DNA of 63,531 nt, filler included, from Octopus bimaculoides (GCF_001194135.2; 9 parts of 8 records of this genome joined end to end with filler, not necessarily neighbours in it), one strand, 5' to 3'. Positions 25,655 through 39,675 are shown, counted from the first letter of the whole stretch. Program-made: numbers and translations. Notes: generated from the sequence alone by a model not told the origin.

Positions 25655-26110
25655 GTTCTGCGTTCTAATCCCACTGAGGTCAACTTTGTATTTCATCTCT
25701 TCGGGGTGTCGATGAAATAAAGTACCAGTCGAGTACTGAGGTTAATAAAATAAAGTACCAGTTGAATACTGGGGTCGATTAAATAAAGTACTAGTCGGGT
25801 AACGGGGTCGATAAAATATAGTACCAGTCGGCGAGCGAGTACCAAAGGCGGTGAGCTGGCAGAAACGTTAGCACGCCGGGCGAAATGCTTAGCGGTATTT
25901 CGTCTGCTGCTACGTTCTGAGTTCAAATTCCGCTGAGGTCGACTTTGCCTTTCATCCTTTCGGGGTCGATTAAATAAGTACCGGTTACGTACTGGCATCG
26001 ATATAATCGACTTAATCCGTTTGTCTGTCCACTCTGTGTGTAGCCCCTTGTGGGCAGTAAAGAAATATAGTACCAGTCGGGTACTGGGGTCGATTCGAAT
26101 CGACTTGAAC
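25655..26110 (+). mobile_element. SINE family B cluster with internal ~33-bp tandem sub-repeat
   Basis: A full head GGCGGTGAGCTGGCAGAAACGTTAGCACG lies at 25847. It is preceded by four copies of GGGGTCGATxAAATAAAGTACCAGTCGAGTACT. Confidence 0.8.
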
Positions 26111-26515
26111 CTTCCCCTCAAAATCAGTGACTTAGAACCTTGTAATGGATTGGCGTCCTGTACAGGGTGGGGGTGGAATGTTGTGCTCTCGGTCGCTTAC
26201 GAAAACCGGGTAACCGGCCCTACAGGTCCTAAAACTTGGGGCAGTGATGTCTAGGGTCTGTCAATGTTGCTGACGATGCTGTTGCTGCTGGTGGTGGTGA
26301 GGACTTGTGGGTGGGAGATGTATAGTAGACTGTGTTGTAGTATAATGAATTGAGATGGAAAAAATAAATAAAGTGATATATAATATATATAAGAAAATCT
26401 AAAAGATCTTAGAAACATAACAAAATGCACATAACAAAAGCTGGCGATATCAAAATTTGAAAATCTTTCTTTATTGAGCGAAATAAGATGTGAATGAAAG
26501 GCGCCGAAAATGGAA

Positions 26516-26730
26516 AATCTTTTCTACTCTAGGCACAAGGCTCGAAATTTTTGGGGAAAAGGCCAGTTGATTAGATCGACCCCAGTATGCAACTGGTACT
26601 TAATTTATTGACCCCGAAAGGATGAAAGACAAAATCAACCTCGGCGGAATTTGAACTCAGAACGTAAAGATAGATGAAATACTGCTATGCATTTCGCCCG
26701 GCGTGCTAACGTTTCTGCCAGCTCACCGCC
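26516..26730 (-). mobile_element. SINE family B, full-length
   Basis: Complete reverse-complement match to the family B copies. Confidence 0.85.
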
Positions 26731-27761
26731 CTTTCCGAAAAAAAAAGTTGTTAATGACATCCTGTTCTACCAGAGATTCTAGNNNNNNNNNNNNNNNNNN
26801 NNNNNNNNNNNNNNNNNNNNNNNNNNNNNNNNNNNNNNNNNNNNNNNNNNNNNNNNNNNNNNNNNNNNNNNNNNNNNNNNNNNNNNNNNNNNNNNNNNNN
26901 NNNNNNNNNNNNNNNNNNNNNNNNNNNNNNNNNNNNNNNNNNNNNNNNNNNNNNNNNNNNNNNNNNNNNNNNNNNNNNNNNNNNNNNNNNNNNNNNNNNN
27001 NNNNNNNNNNNNNNNNNNNNNNNNNNNNNNNNNNNNNNNNNNNNNNNNNNNNNNNNNNNNNNNNNNNNNNNNNNNNNNNNNNNNNNNNNNNNNNNNNNNN
27101 NNNNNNNNNNNNNNNNNNNNNNNNNNNNNNNNNNNNNNNNNNNNNNNNNNNNNNNNNNNNNNNNNNNNNNNNNNNNNNNNNNNNNNNNNNNNNNNNNNNN
27201 NNNNNNNNNNNNNNNNNNNNNNNNNNNNNNNNNNNNNNNNNNNNNNNNNNNNNNNNNNNNNNNNNNNNNNNNNNNNNNNNNNNNNNNNNNNNNNNNNNNN
27301 NNNNNNNNNNNNNNNNNNNNNNNNNNNNNNNNNNNNNNNNNNNNNNNNNNNNNNNNNNNNNNNNNNNNNNNNNNNNNNNNNNNNNNNNNNNNNNNNNNNN
27401 NNNNNNNNNNNNNNNNNNNNNNNNNNNNNNNNNNNNNNNNNNNNNNNNNNNNNNNNNNNNNNNNNNNNNNNNNNNNNNNNNNNNNNNNNNNNNNNNNNNN
27501 NNNNNNNNNNNNNNNNNNNNNNNNNNNNNNNNNNNNNNNNNNNNNNNNNNNNNNNNNNNNNNNNNNNNNNNNNNNNNNNNNNNNNNNNNNNNNNNNNNNN
27601 NNNNNNNNNNNNNNNNNNNNNNNNNNNNNNNNNNNNNNNNNNNNNNNNNNNNNNNNNNNNNNNNNNNNNNNNNNNNNNNNNNNNNNNNNNNNNNNNNNNN
27701 NNNNNNNNNNNNNNNNNNNGCCCTAGCCACTGGGCCATTGCGCCTCCATGAGAGTTTTAAT

Positions 27762-28088
27762 GTTGGCACTCCGTCGCTTACGACGTCGAGGGTTCCAGTT
27801 GATCCGATCAACGGCACAGCCTGCTCGTGAAATTAACGTGCAAGTGGCTGAGCACTCCACAGACACGTGTACCCTTTGAATTACAGGCACAACAGAAACA
27901 GGAAGTAAGAGTGAGAGAAAGTTGTGGTGGAAGAGTACAGCAGGGTTCGCCACCATCCCCTGCCGGAGCCTCGTGGAGCTTTTATGTGTTTTCGCTCAAT
28001 AAACACTCACAACGCCCGGTCTGGGAATCGAAACCGCGATCCTACAACCGCGAGTCCGCTGCCCTAGCCACTGGGCCATTGCGCCTCC
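27762..28088 (-). mobile_element. SINE family C with internal deletion and 14-bp flanking direct repeat
   Basis: Flanked by ATGAGAGTTTTAAT at 27748-27761 and 28089-28102. It lacks the segment between the two ACCCT motifs that is present at 34648-34710. Confidence 0.85.
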
Positions 28089-28359
28089 ATGAGAGTTTTA
28101 ATAAGCTCCCCACATCAAGCTGTAGAATAACCTCAAGATCTCAGAATTCGTTCATGAAAGAAGATATTTGGAGAAAAACTTCGAAAGTGAATATTGACAA
28201 TTGGACTGCATAATGTCTTCCGCAATTAAAATGAAAGCTTGTAGATCGTGTGCTCTGAGATACTATCTACTAATTAAACCGCTCCAGACCTATCCCAAAC
28301 AAACAAAATTAGGGTTAATCATCTCTCACTGACTCACCAACCAACCCCAACTTGTATGG

Positions 28360-28590
28360 CAGCCTTATGCCTCATCCGTCTTTTTTTTTTAGATTTAGGT
28401 TCTTCTGTTCTACTCAACGTATTGGGCAGCAAGCTTCTTCCACCGGATTTGGTCGATTGCTACTTTTGCCCATCCTTTCCATGTAAATGTCAAATGACTT
28501 CAAGTCATCTTGAAATGTCTGCTGCCAAGTGATCTTCGGCCTGACCATTTTATGCTTACCGACAAGTGGTACCTAAGTCATGACCGTTTT
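28360..28590 (-). mobile_element. RTE-clade LINE 3' ORF2 fragment
   Basis: The minus strand reads GKHKMVRPKITWQQTFQDDLK, resembling the RTE GKRxRGRPKxTW motif, followed by a C-terminal ACCP segment. Confidence 0.6.
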
Positions 28591-28737
28591 TTTTTGTATG
28601 CCGTTGATCGGGTAGACCAGTGGTATTGAACTGGGGTCCATATAAAAATTTTTGTTAAAATTTATGAGTAAATAATTCGTTTATGCTTCTACAATATACC
28701 AAATATTAAAAAAAAATTTTTTTAAATAAAATATCGA

Positions 28738-28957
28738 ATACTTTCTACTAATGGTACAAGGCCTGAAATTTGGTGGTGGGGAAGGGGACTAGTCGATTAC
28801 ATCGTCCCCTGTGTTTCACTGATGCTTGATTTATCGACCCCGAAAGAATGAAAAGCAAAGCTGACCTTGACAGAATTTGAACTCAGAATGTAAATATAGA
28901 CGAAATGCCGCTAAGCATTTTGTCCGGCATGCTAACGATGCTGCTAACTCGCCGTCC

Positions 28958-29026
<69 letters not shown>

Positions 29027-29218
29027 AAATAATAATAATAATAATGAAAATAATGAGAAGAAGAAGAAGAAGAAGAAGAAGAAGAAGAAGAAGAAGAAGA
29101 AGAAGAAGAATCCTTTCTACTATTGGCACAAGGCCTGAAATTTGGGGAAGGGAGGATTGTCGATTACATCGACCCCAGTACTCAACTGGTACTTAATTTA
29201 TCGACCCCGAAAAGATGG
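28738..29218 (-). mobile_element. SINE family B copies separated by an (AAT)n(AAG)n array
   Basis: Copies at 28738-28956 and 29109-29218; microsatellite at 28957-29108. Confidence 0.8.
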
Positions 29219-29654
29219 AGTACATTTAGTTTTCTATTTCTCCCGTGCTCTTCCAAGCCTCGCTGGCATAGATTGCTATAGACTGAGCGATTGAGTCATA
29301 TTGACGAAATTTCACCGCCTTTAACTTGCGATGTGAACATTAAAAACGAAAGTGATAGATGTATTATTAAATAAGTTAATGACGTACAATTGATTACATC
29401 ACGAAGCTGTCGTAGTAAACTGTATTAAACCGTATATACAAAGGAATAAGTGTATAAAACACACTTGGCAAGTGTATATAAGTGTATATAACACACTTAG
29501 CAATTATAGAGTCATAGAGATGATACGAAGGATGTGATAAAATCAAAAGATGGGAATACTGGTACAACATCGACCTTTCGGAACCCTTGGTTCCAAAACC
29601 TTTCTGGTTATCGATTTTCCCGAATTAGGAGTAGCCATATTGAACAACACGCTC

Positions 29655-30108
29655 TAAATTCTACGAATATTGGTTTCAAATTTTGGCACAAGGCCAGCAA
29701 TTTCTTGGGAGTGGATAAGTCAATTACATCAACCCCACTGTTGAACTGGTACTAATTTTATCGACCTCGAAAGGATGAAAAGCAAATTTGACCTCGCCGG
29801 AATTTGAACTCAGAATATAAAGACGGATGAAATACCGCTAAGCATTTTGTTAGGTGGGCTAAAAATTCAGCTACCTCGCCGTCTTAATAATAATAATAAT
29901 AATAATCCTTTCTACTGTAAGGACAAGGCCTGAAATTGCTGGGAGAGGGGCCAGTCGATTAGAGCGACCCCAGTACACAACTAGTATTTAATTTATCGAC
30001 CCTCGAAAGGATGAAAGGCTAAGAGGACTTCGGCGGAATTTGAACTCAGAACGTAACGGCAGACAAAATATCGGTAAGCATTTCGCCCGGTGTGCAAACG
30101 ATTCTGCC
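29655..30108 (-). mobile_element. SINE family B, two tandem copies
   Basis: Family B motifs occur twice, with an (AAT)n spacer at ~29885-29905. Confidence 0.8.
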
Positions 30109-30266
30109 NNNNNNNNNNNNNNNNNNNNNNNNNNNNNNNNNNNNNNNNNNNNTTAATTAATTAANNNNNNNNNNNNNNNNNNNNNNNNNNNNNNNNNNNN
30201 NNNNNNNNTATATACTTATGTACATTTATATAAATACAAATATGTATGTCTATGTATATAATTATG

Positions 30267-30325
<59 letters not shown>

Positions 30326-31076
30326 ATGTATGTACGTATATTACGCACACACATACATACACGTATATATGTATTTATGTATGTATGCATATACGTATCT
30401 ATGTATGTAGGCATGTGTGCTTGTATGCGATCGTCTCTGTGTGTGTGTGTGTGTGTACGTTTATTTAGTTTGTGTATTACAAAGCTCCTTTCCTTCTCTC
30501 CTTCTTTCCTTCTTTCTTTTTCTTTCTTATTCATGTATCTGTCGTTCTCTCTCTCTCTCCCTCTCTCTCACTGTGTCTATATAAACATACACACGCATTC
30601 TCACACACGTACCCCTACATAAGTAATTATGTACGTATGTACACACACACAGACGGACACAGGCACAATCCTCTATTTATATTACATCTCATCTACCACA
30701 TTGACTTTCGCGCCACCACTTCTAAACGAGCGCTACCACCAACACAAACATCATCACCACCACCACCACCACCATTACTACAATCGCCACTACCATCACC
30801 ACAGGTACCACTACCGCCACTACCACCATTATCACTACTAGGGCCACAAACACTACTAACATTACCACCACTACCACCACCACCACCACCACCACCACTA
30901 GTACTACAGCAATCACTAGCACGATCATCATCAACGTCACCACATCACTACCACCACCATGAACACTGCTACAGCACCACCACCACCTTACCATCACCAC
31001 CACCACCACCACCAGCACGATGACTATTAATTCTACTATTACTACAACCACCACCACACCCTCATCATCACCACCT

Positions 31077-31134
<58 letters not shown>

Positions 31135-31343
31135 CACTACTTGTTCTAATAGCGTTGTTGACTCTACACGCTGAAATATACACTTTTATAGACTTGCACG
31201 CAAAATGGTACACTCATACATCCATCTATTCACACGTACACAGATCCGTAACAGATATCCATCCATCGATCTATGCATTCATTCGTCCAATCAGCCATCG
31301 ATCCATCCGTACATGCATACATGCATATGCATAAATACGTATA

Positions 31344-31395
<52 letters not shown>

Positions 31396-31396
<1 letters not shown>

Positions 31397-31560
31397 GCGC
31401 AGGAGTGGTTGTATGGTAAGTCGCTTGCTTACCAACTACATGGTTTGGGGTTCAGTCTCACCGCCTGGCACCTTGGGCAAATGTCTTCTACCATAGCCTC
31501 GCGCCTACCAAAGCCTTGTGAGTGGATTTGGTAGACGGAAAATGAAAGAAGTCTGTCGTA

Positions 31561-31609
<49 letters not shown>

Positions 31610-31676
31610 TTGTGTGTCTGTGTTTGTCCCTTCCCCAACATCGCTTGACAACCGATGTTGGTGTGTTTACGTCCCC
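31396..31676 (+). mobile_element. SINE family A (3'-truncated)
   Basis: GCGCAGGAGTGGTTGTATGGTAAG...GGGTTCAGTCTC...CACCTTGGGCAAATGTCTT...(TA)n(TG)n. Confidence 0.85.
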
Positions 31677-33010
31677 AATAATGATTAATTAACGATAATT
31701 ATTAAAAAAACATTTGTATTACAGTCTTTAAAGGTCATCAACCAGTCCCATCCTCACACGATAACCGTGTAAAGGTCATTCTCAGATTTATGAAGTCCCC
31801 CATTGAAAGCCACACACTGCAAGTCACGTAGCAAAATATGTTCAAAAAGCTGTTAGCTGCCAAATTGTTGCCCGCCTAAAATTCACTCAATTCGAGTTTA
31901 AAATCAAAGTCCTTTGTCGCTAAACTACAGACGAGAGGGATAGAAACCGAGTCGACGTTGTTACAATGCAGATTTCTTTTCTAACGTAACCATACTTTAT
32001 GTAGCTTTCAAGTAGGATAAAACCTTTGTCAAAACGTTCACACATCACTTCACAAACTGAAATTTCTTACTTATTTAGCCATTTAGCAATCCACCAATGA
32101 TTTCTCTGCACACGTCGGTTCCTATAGAATATATATACATACATACCAACACATACATACATACATACATACATACATAATACATACATACATACACACA
32201 TGCATACATATATGTATATATATATANNNNNNNNNNNNNNNNNNNNNNNNNNNNNNNNNNNNNNNNNNNNNNNNNNNNNNNNNNNNNNNNNNNNNNNNNN
32301 NNNNNNNNNNNNNNNNNNNNNNNNNNNNNNNNNNNNNNNNNNNNNNNNNNNNNNNNNNNNNNNNNNNNNNNNNNNNNNNNNNNNNNNNNNNNNNNNNNNN
32401 NNNNNNNNNNNNNNNNNNNNNNNNNNNNNNNNNNNNNNNNNNNNNNNNNNNNNNNNNNNNNNNNNNNNNNNNNNNNNNNNNNNNNNNNNNNNNNNNNNNN
32501 NNNNNNNNNNNNNNNNNNNNNNNNNNNNNNNNNNNNNNNNNNNNNNNNNNNNNNNNNNNNNNNNNNNNNNNNNNNNNNNNNNNNNNNNNNNNNNNNNNNN
32601 NNNNNNNNNNNNNNNNNNNNNNNNNNNNNNNNNNNNNNNNNNNNNNNNNNNNNNNNNNNNNTATATATATATATATTTATATATGTATGCACCTATTTAT
32701 GTATGTATATATAAGTAAATAGACAAGTAAACAAAAGTAGCCGGAAGGAGTACATTCCCATGGACGATTGCATTTTCAACACATTCTATACATTCTGTGA
32801 GTGTATATATATATATATGCCTGTGAATGTGTTGTTGTGTGTATGTGCATGTGTGTGCTTGTTGAAGTAGATAGATTATTTTATTTTTTTTTGTAAAATT
32901 ATGTCAAAGGAAGAAGTAGACGTAAAGTGGATAAGTAAAAGTAGAAAATTACCCATAATGCATCAGTTAACCTACGATAATTCGAGAAAAATGTATTAGG
33001 CTTAGGTATA

Positions 33011-33051
<41 letters not shown>

Positions 33052-33981
33052 TATATTTTGTACATGTGTATATATGTAAATGTGCATACAACATATATAT
33101 TACAGAAAATGTGGTTCTCGGTGTTGAGAAAGAGAGAGTGAGAGAGAGATTAAAAGATACTGGCAGAAAGGAAAAATGTAATATACACACACATATATAT
33201 GTATATATGCGTATATATGTGTGTACGCATATGCACACACACACACATATACTATATGCACACACATGCACGAGCAAATATATAAATATATATATGTAAA
33301 TTCTTTCACCGCCACCACCAGTAGCATCATCAGAAACTCATAACTACCAACAGGCACTTCACGAATTCCATACCGACCCCCAAACACAGTCACCCACCTT
33401 TCAACCCACTCCTACCGTGCCCTTCCCCTTCGAAGTACCGTACAACCAACCATATACCATCCACTGCTCTCAAAAAGACATGGCGCCCGGATAACTTTAG
33501 AATTCAGTAAGCGAGTTTTCTACAATCTGACAGCAGACGGATATGGCGTCGAACGAAACATAAATGGTTGGACTACGAGAACTTAAGTGTGTGTGTATGT
33601 GTGTGTTTGTGTGTGTGTTTGTGTAAATTCTTATGTATGTATGTATGTATGTATATATATGTATATATGTATGTATGTATATATNNNNNNNNNNTTGTGC
33701 AAGTATATATATATATGATTTTCAGTTCATAATTATTTTTGCAGATATTTATGCATATATATGAGTCTATATATGCATATTGTGTGACTGCGTATGCGTA
33801 TATATGTGCATATAAGTATATACACTCACACCACTTATACACAAGCTTGCTATTATAAAGACAAATATACATACATACGCATACACGCACATACAGATAT
33901 GTGTATGCATATAAAAAAATGTATATATGTACGTATATATATATGTGTGTGTCTGTTTAAGTGTATATATACATATACATA

Positions 33982-34058
<77 letters not shown>

Positions 34059-34295
34059 TTAAATTCATAATTATTTTTACACATATTGATATGTATATGT
34101 GTATGTATGTATGTACATCGTGTGGGAATGTATCTAAGCATATGTGCGTATATACGAATGTATACATTCATAGATGGCGTCCGTATACAAACTTATAAGC
34201 ATAAACAAGAATATGCATACACACATACACACACACGCATGCATATATGTGCGTGTATATACGAATGCGTATACGTAAGGATATATTTGTGCGTG

Positions 34296-34335
<40 letters not shown>

Positions 34336-34537
34336 TTTAAATGTATTATTATTTTTAAATATATAGGGTTATATATATTTATATTCCTGTGTGTGTGTAT
34401 ACATGCCTGTATATTTATACATATATTTATATATTTATAAATAGTATACCCATACAAACTTACATAAGAGTAAATCTATATATACACATGCATCCATACA
34501 TACGTATATATGTGTGGGTATATATAACAATGTTTCT

Positions 34538-34901
34538 GTTGGCACTCCGTCGATTACGACGTCGAAGGTTCCAGTTGATCCGATCAACGGAACAGCCTGC
34601 TCGTGAAATTAACGTGCAAAGTGGCTGAGCACTCCACAGACACGTGTACCCTTAACGTAGTTCTCGGGGGATATTCAGCGTGACACAGAGTGTGACAAGG
34701 CTGACCCTTTGAATTACAGGTACAACAGAAACAGGAAGTAAGAGTGAGAGAAAGTTGTGGTGAAAGAGTACAGCAGGGTTCGCCACCATCCCCTGCCGGA
34801 GCCTTGTGGAGCTTTTAGGTGTTTTCGCTCAATAAACACTCACAACGCCCGGTCTGGGAATCGAAACCGCGATCCTATGACCGCGAGTCCGCTGCGCTAA
34901 C
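34538..34901 (-). mobile_element. SINE family C, near full-length
   Basis: Complete body; the head is truncated by a few nt. Confidence 0.85.
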
Positions 34902-35069
34902 TACACACACACATACATATACATACCAATGTAGCCAATATCATCGACCAACTAGGAAACCTATCAAGCACATAGTTGTACATTCTTATCAAATACATTC
35001 TCACACACTCTTCGCATTGTATTCCCTCCATCTCTTCCCCTACACATGTTCCCTCCCCCTCTTGCACGT

Positions 35070-35352
35070 ATAACTAACATTCACCATCTTTCTTAAACAC
35101 ACATTTGCAATCTCTGTCATACACAACGTTAATACACCTCTGTCTGTCCATCTTTCTGTCTCTCTGTCTCTCTGTCTCTCTGTCTCTCCCCAAAACTCAT
35201 GCACACTCTCCGTCGTACATAAAACCAACGTCCGTCATCTCTCTCTCACTGACTTTCACTCCCACTGTTCTAAATAAAACCAACCTCCACTGCCTTTCTC
35301 CTACACACTCTTACACCCCTCGGTCACATGCACCAACTTTCTTTTAAACACA

Positions 35353-35387
<35 letters not shown>

Positions 35388-35850
35388 GTACAACACTCCA
35401 CTCCACATCTCTCTCTCACTCTCTTCTTCTAACACTCAGTCACTCTCTCCATCGTACATAAAACCAACATCCGCCATCTCTCTCCGACCAACTTTCACTC
35501 TCTCTCTGTTATAAATAAAACCAGCCTCCACCGTCTCTCTCCTACACACTTTCACCTCCTCTATTGCATGCTTAAGTAACATCCACCGCCTTTCTTAAAC
35601 ACACATTTACTCACTGGCGTACAACACTACACTCCACACCTCTCTCTCTCTCTCTTTCTAACAATCAGTCAGTCACTCACTCTGTCATACATAAAACCAA
35701 CATCCTTCATCTCTCTCCCACTGACGTTCACTCTCTGTTCTAAATAAAAACCGACCTCCACTAACTCTCTCCTACACAATTTCACTCCTTCTGTCGTATA
35801 TAACGCTAAACGCCTCACTCACTCCGCCACGTACACACACACATTCCCTC
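35070..35850. repeat. Diverged ~235-240-bp tandem repeat (~3.3 copies), CT/CA-rich
   Basis: CATAAAACCAAC recurs at ~35218, ~35457 and ~35690; TAAATAAAA(C)C and CTCCTACACA recur with the same period. Confidence 0.8.
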
Positions 35851-36106
35851 TGTCTGTCTTTGTCAGAAACATCAAAGGAGAGAAACACTTCCTCTTTGTC
35901 TTTTTCTTCCTATTTTTCTGCATATCTGTATTGTTAATTGATGTTATTTTGTAACGAAACTTTTAATTGCTCAGAATCTTGAATCAGGAAACGAAATACG
36001 ATAAACTCGCATCAACATCACCACCGTTACTACGACGGCCACCACCACCACCACCACCAGCACCACTACCACCACACTGTCGCCGCCATCGCCTCTGTCG
36101 TCGTAG

Positions 36107-36142
<36 letters not shown>

Positions 36143-36689
36143 CCATCATCATTTTCCCCAGCACCACCAACACCCCCACTGTCGTCATCCTCGTCCTCAT
36201 CTTCATCACGCCCAACATCGTCGTCGCTATCATCATCATCATCATCATCATCATTATCACCATCAACAATAGGAATGTCACCATGAAGATGATGATGATG
36301 ACAAGGACGACGACGATGACATTGATGATGATGATGATGATGATAATGATGATGATGATGATGATAATGGGGATGATGATGATGATGAGGAGGAGGAGGA
36401 GGGGATAGGATGGTGATGATGATGGTGAAGCATATACGTTGTTGCTGTTCCTATTATATTATGAATAAGCTGGTAGAATCGTAAGTGCGTCGGACAAAAC
36501 GGTTAGCGGCCATTTCTTCTGGCTTTTTACACTCTGAGATCAAATCCCGCTGAGATCAACTTTAATGATTTAGTGATTTAGGGGTTGATAGAGTTCAAGC
36601 CTTATGTCTACAGTAGAAAGTCTTCTTCTTCTTCTTCTTCTTCTTCTTCTTCTTCTTCTTCTTCTTCTTCTTCTTCTTCTTCTTCTTCC

Positions 36690-37325
36690 CTACCAGAAAT
36701 TACCAAAAACATATAATGAAAAGAAACATAACAAGTAACTGTAGAATATGTGGAGATGGACAAGAAACAATAAATCATATTATCTCTGGCTGCCCAGTCC
36801 TGGCTAAGAAGGAATATATTCACAGACACGACAGAGCTGGGACCTACATAGACTGGAAGCTATGCCAATACACACAGAAAGAGAGATTAAGGCCAATAGA
36901 CCAGATATAGTTGTTAGCGATCATGAAGAAAAAATTGTTTACTAATTGATGTATCAATACCAACAGATGACAAAGTTTCTCTAAAAGAAATGGCGAAACT
37001 TTCAAAATACAAAGACCTGGAAATAACGATAACTCGAATGTGGAATCTAGAAGCAGAAACAATTCCTGCGCATTAGGTATGATAAAAAAAACCCCAAAAC
37101 ATTCAGGCAAATACATAACAGAAGCACCAGGACTAACAAATATATATATATATATAGCATACAGAAAATAGCACTACTGGGCACTGCACACATTCTACGT
37201 AAAACCTATTCAATGCAGTAACCATAAGAGCATCACAGCAAACCACAGCACATGCCCAAGGCACACAGATCTGCGCTCGGTAGTGCAGTGAAAGCACGTT
37301 ATAAAAATAAAGCTACTGAATAATA
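36690..37325 (+). mobile_element. 5'-truncated R4/Dong-like non-LTR retrotransposon (restriction-like endonuclease) ending in (TAA)n
   Basis: CCHC knuckle CRICGDGQETINHIISGCPVLAKKEYIHRHD, RLE motif RPDIVV...LLIDVSIP, then KLSKYKDLEI and ALLGTAHILRK. The 3' UTR runs into (AAT)n. Confidence 0.85.
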
Positions 37326-37337
37326 ATAATAAAACTA

Positions 37338-37379
<42 letters not shown>

Positions 37380-37381
<2 letters not shown>

Positions 37382-37597
37382 TCCTTTCTACTATAGACAC
37401 AAGTTCTGAAATTTTGGTGGGAGGGAATTTGTCAATTACATCGACCCCAGTGCGTAACTGGTAATTAATTTATCGACCCCGAAAGGATGAAAGGCAAAGT
37501 CGCCATCAGTCGAATTTGAACTCAGAGCGTAAGGACGAAAGAAATACCGCTAAGCATTTTGTCCGACGTGCCAGCGATTCTGCCAGCTCACCGCGTT
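37380..37597 (-). mobile_element. SINE family B, full-length
   Basis: Family B motifs; shares the (AAT)n array with the R4/Dong-like 3' end. Confidence 0.8.
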
Positions 37598-38229
37598 AGC
37601 AACAACGATGACAAAAAACAACAGCATTAACAGGGATAAATATGACAACAACAACAACAACAACAGCAACAATAAAATTATATCAAGAATGTCGTCAGCA
37701 ACAACAACAACAATAAACTCAACAGAAGTAGAAACTACAAGAACAACACCAACAACAACAGCAACAGCAGCAGATACAATATTTTAACAGAGATTTAAGA
37801 TGGCTCCTTTTAGCAGATCAGCCATTGTTATATACTTTTCCGTTAACACCTAATGTAAAATTGTATTGTCTTCCATCTTGTTTATTTGAACTGAACTTAA
37901 ACGACGCAGATTTTCTAACCCTTTAGTTTGTGTTTGTCTTTTTTTATTTCCCTCTAAAACTTCCCTCTTTGCTACTATGCCCATTGTTGTTGTAGTTGTT
38001 TTTGTTGCTTTTGCTGTTGTTGTTGTTGTTGTTGTTGGACTTGTTTTAATCGTTGCTGTTGTATTTGTTTCTCGTATTCTTTTACTGCTTTTAATTCTTT
38101 GACAACTAATAGTTATTTCGTTTTTTATTTGATTGTTCTCGATTTGTGTGTGTGTGTGTGTGTGTACGCGTTGTTTATGTGTGTGTGTGTGTACGCGTTG
38201 TTTATGTGTGTGTGTATGTGAGTGTGTAT

Positions 38230-38351
38230 GCAGGTATTCTTTTTCTTCTTCCTCTTCTTCTTACCATTATTATCATTATTATCATCATCATCATCATCAT
38301 AATCATTATTATTATTATTATTATTATTAGTGTTGTTATTATTATTATTAC

Positions 38352-38396
<45 letters not shown>

Positions 38397-38522
38397 TATT
38401 ATTATTATTATTATTATTATTAGTGTTGTTGCTGTTGTTGTGGTTGTTATTACTATCATTGTCACTATTAGTATCACTTCACATCATCTTCATTCTTAAC
38501 CTTATCGTCTTCTTCTTCTCCA

Positions 38523-38571
<49 letters not shown>

Positions 38572-38644
38572 GCCAGTACGAATCGCGTTGACTTATTTCA
38601 ACTATTTGCAAATCGTTTTCAAAAAGGCTTCATACATCACTTGC

Positions 38645-38677
<33 letters not shown>

Positions 38678-38683
38678 TGTATG

Positions 38684-38726
<43 letters not shown>

Positions 38727-38778
38727 TACTCTCTCTGCCGAAAACGTCGCTACTGCTACTACCACCACAATCACCAAA

Positions 38779-38811
<33 letters not shown>

Positions 38812-38830
38812 GCTGCTGCTGCTTCTATGC
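38230..38830. repeat. Compound microsatellite field (TAT/CAT/TATG/TA/ACT)
   Basis: Representative of dozens of microsatellites. Others include (TAGA)n 4835-4927, (TCTA)n 8080-8147, (TA)n ~33985-34055, (CTT)n 36622-36688 and (ACT)n 43228-43298. Confidence 0.95.
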
Positions 38831-39047
38831 TGCTGCTGCTGCAGCTATTATTCTGAAAATGTTTACCAACAAAAAGTTGCGCGTTTGTTTCATTACTTCA
38901 AAGAGGAGCTGTCGGCCATTGTAATTTTTCAACTTTATGAAATTTCCGTATTGCAGTTCCTTTTTTCTTTTTTGCTTTNNNNNNNNNNNNNNNNNNNNNN
39001 NNNNNNNNNNNNNNNNNNNNNNNNNNNNNNNNNNNNNNNNNNNNNNN

Positions 39048-39088
<41 letters not shown>

Positions 39089-39574
39089 TTTTTTTATTAA
39101 TTTTGTATTGTTTTTTTTTATTTTTGAAATATTCTTTTTTTTTTTTTGATTCTTTAAAAATCCTATATTTTTAAAACTCGACGTCGACGACAAATCTTTG
39201 ACGAAATTTACAGACAATAGAACGTACCAGATTCACAATAAACCAGAAAAAGTAACAACAGCTACAATAACGAAAAGTAACAACGACGACGACGATGACG
39301 ATGACGACTACAACAACAACAACAACAAATATATGATAAAACAATCAAACAACATTAACAAACAATCGATCAGAACGAAACACACACGCACACATTACCT
39401 ACCTATCTATATACATATATGTGTATACACACACGCCCACGTTACCTACCTATCTATATACATATATGTGTATACACACACTCATATGCACATATCGGTA
39501 TTCGTATATATAAATGTATTTGTATACATACATGTATGTGTGGATACCTACTGAATCACACTTAAATATATATG

Positions 39575-39606
<32 letters not shown>

Positions 39607-39642
39607 CACATATGTATATATACATAGCAATTTATCTTATAA

Positions 39643-39675
<33 letters not shown>

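Noticed and set aside
25690-25845. CRISPR-like array
   Set aside because: Eukaryotic context; the units are contiguous SINE sub-repeats with no unique spacers or cas genes.
30620-31215. Pro/His/Thr-rich ORFs (also 35967-36284 and 60132-60533)
   Set aside because: CAC/CAT/TAC trinucleotide mosaics open in several frames at once; no exon structure.
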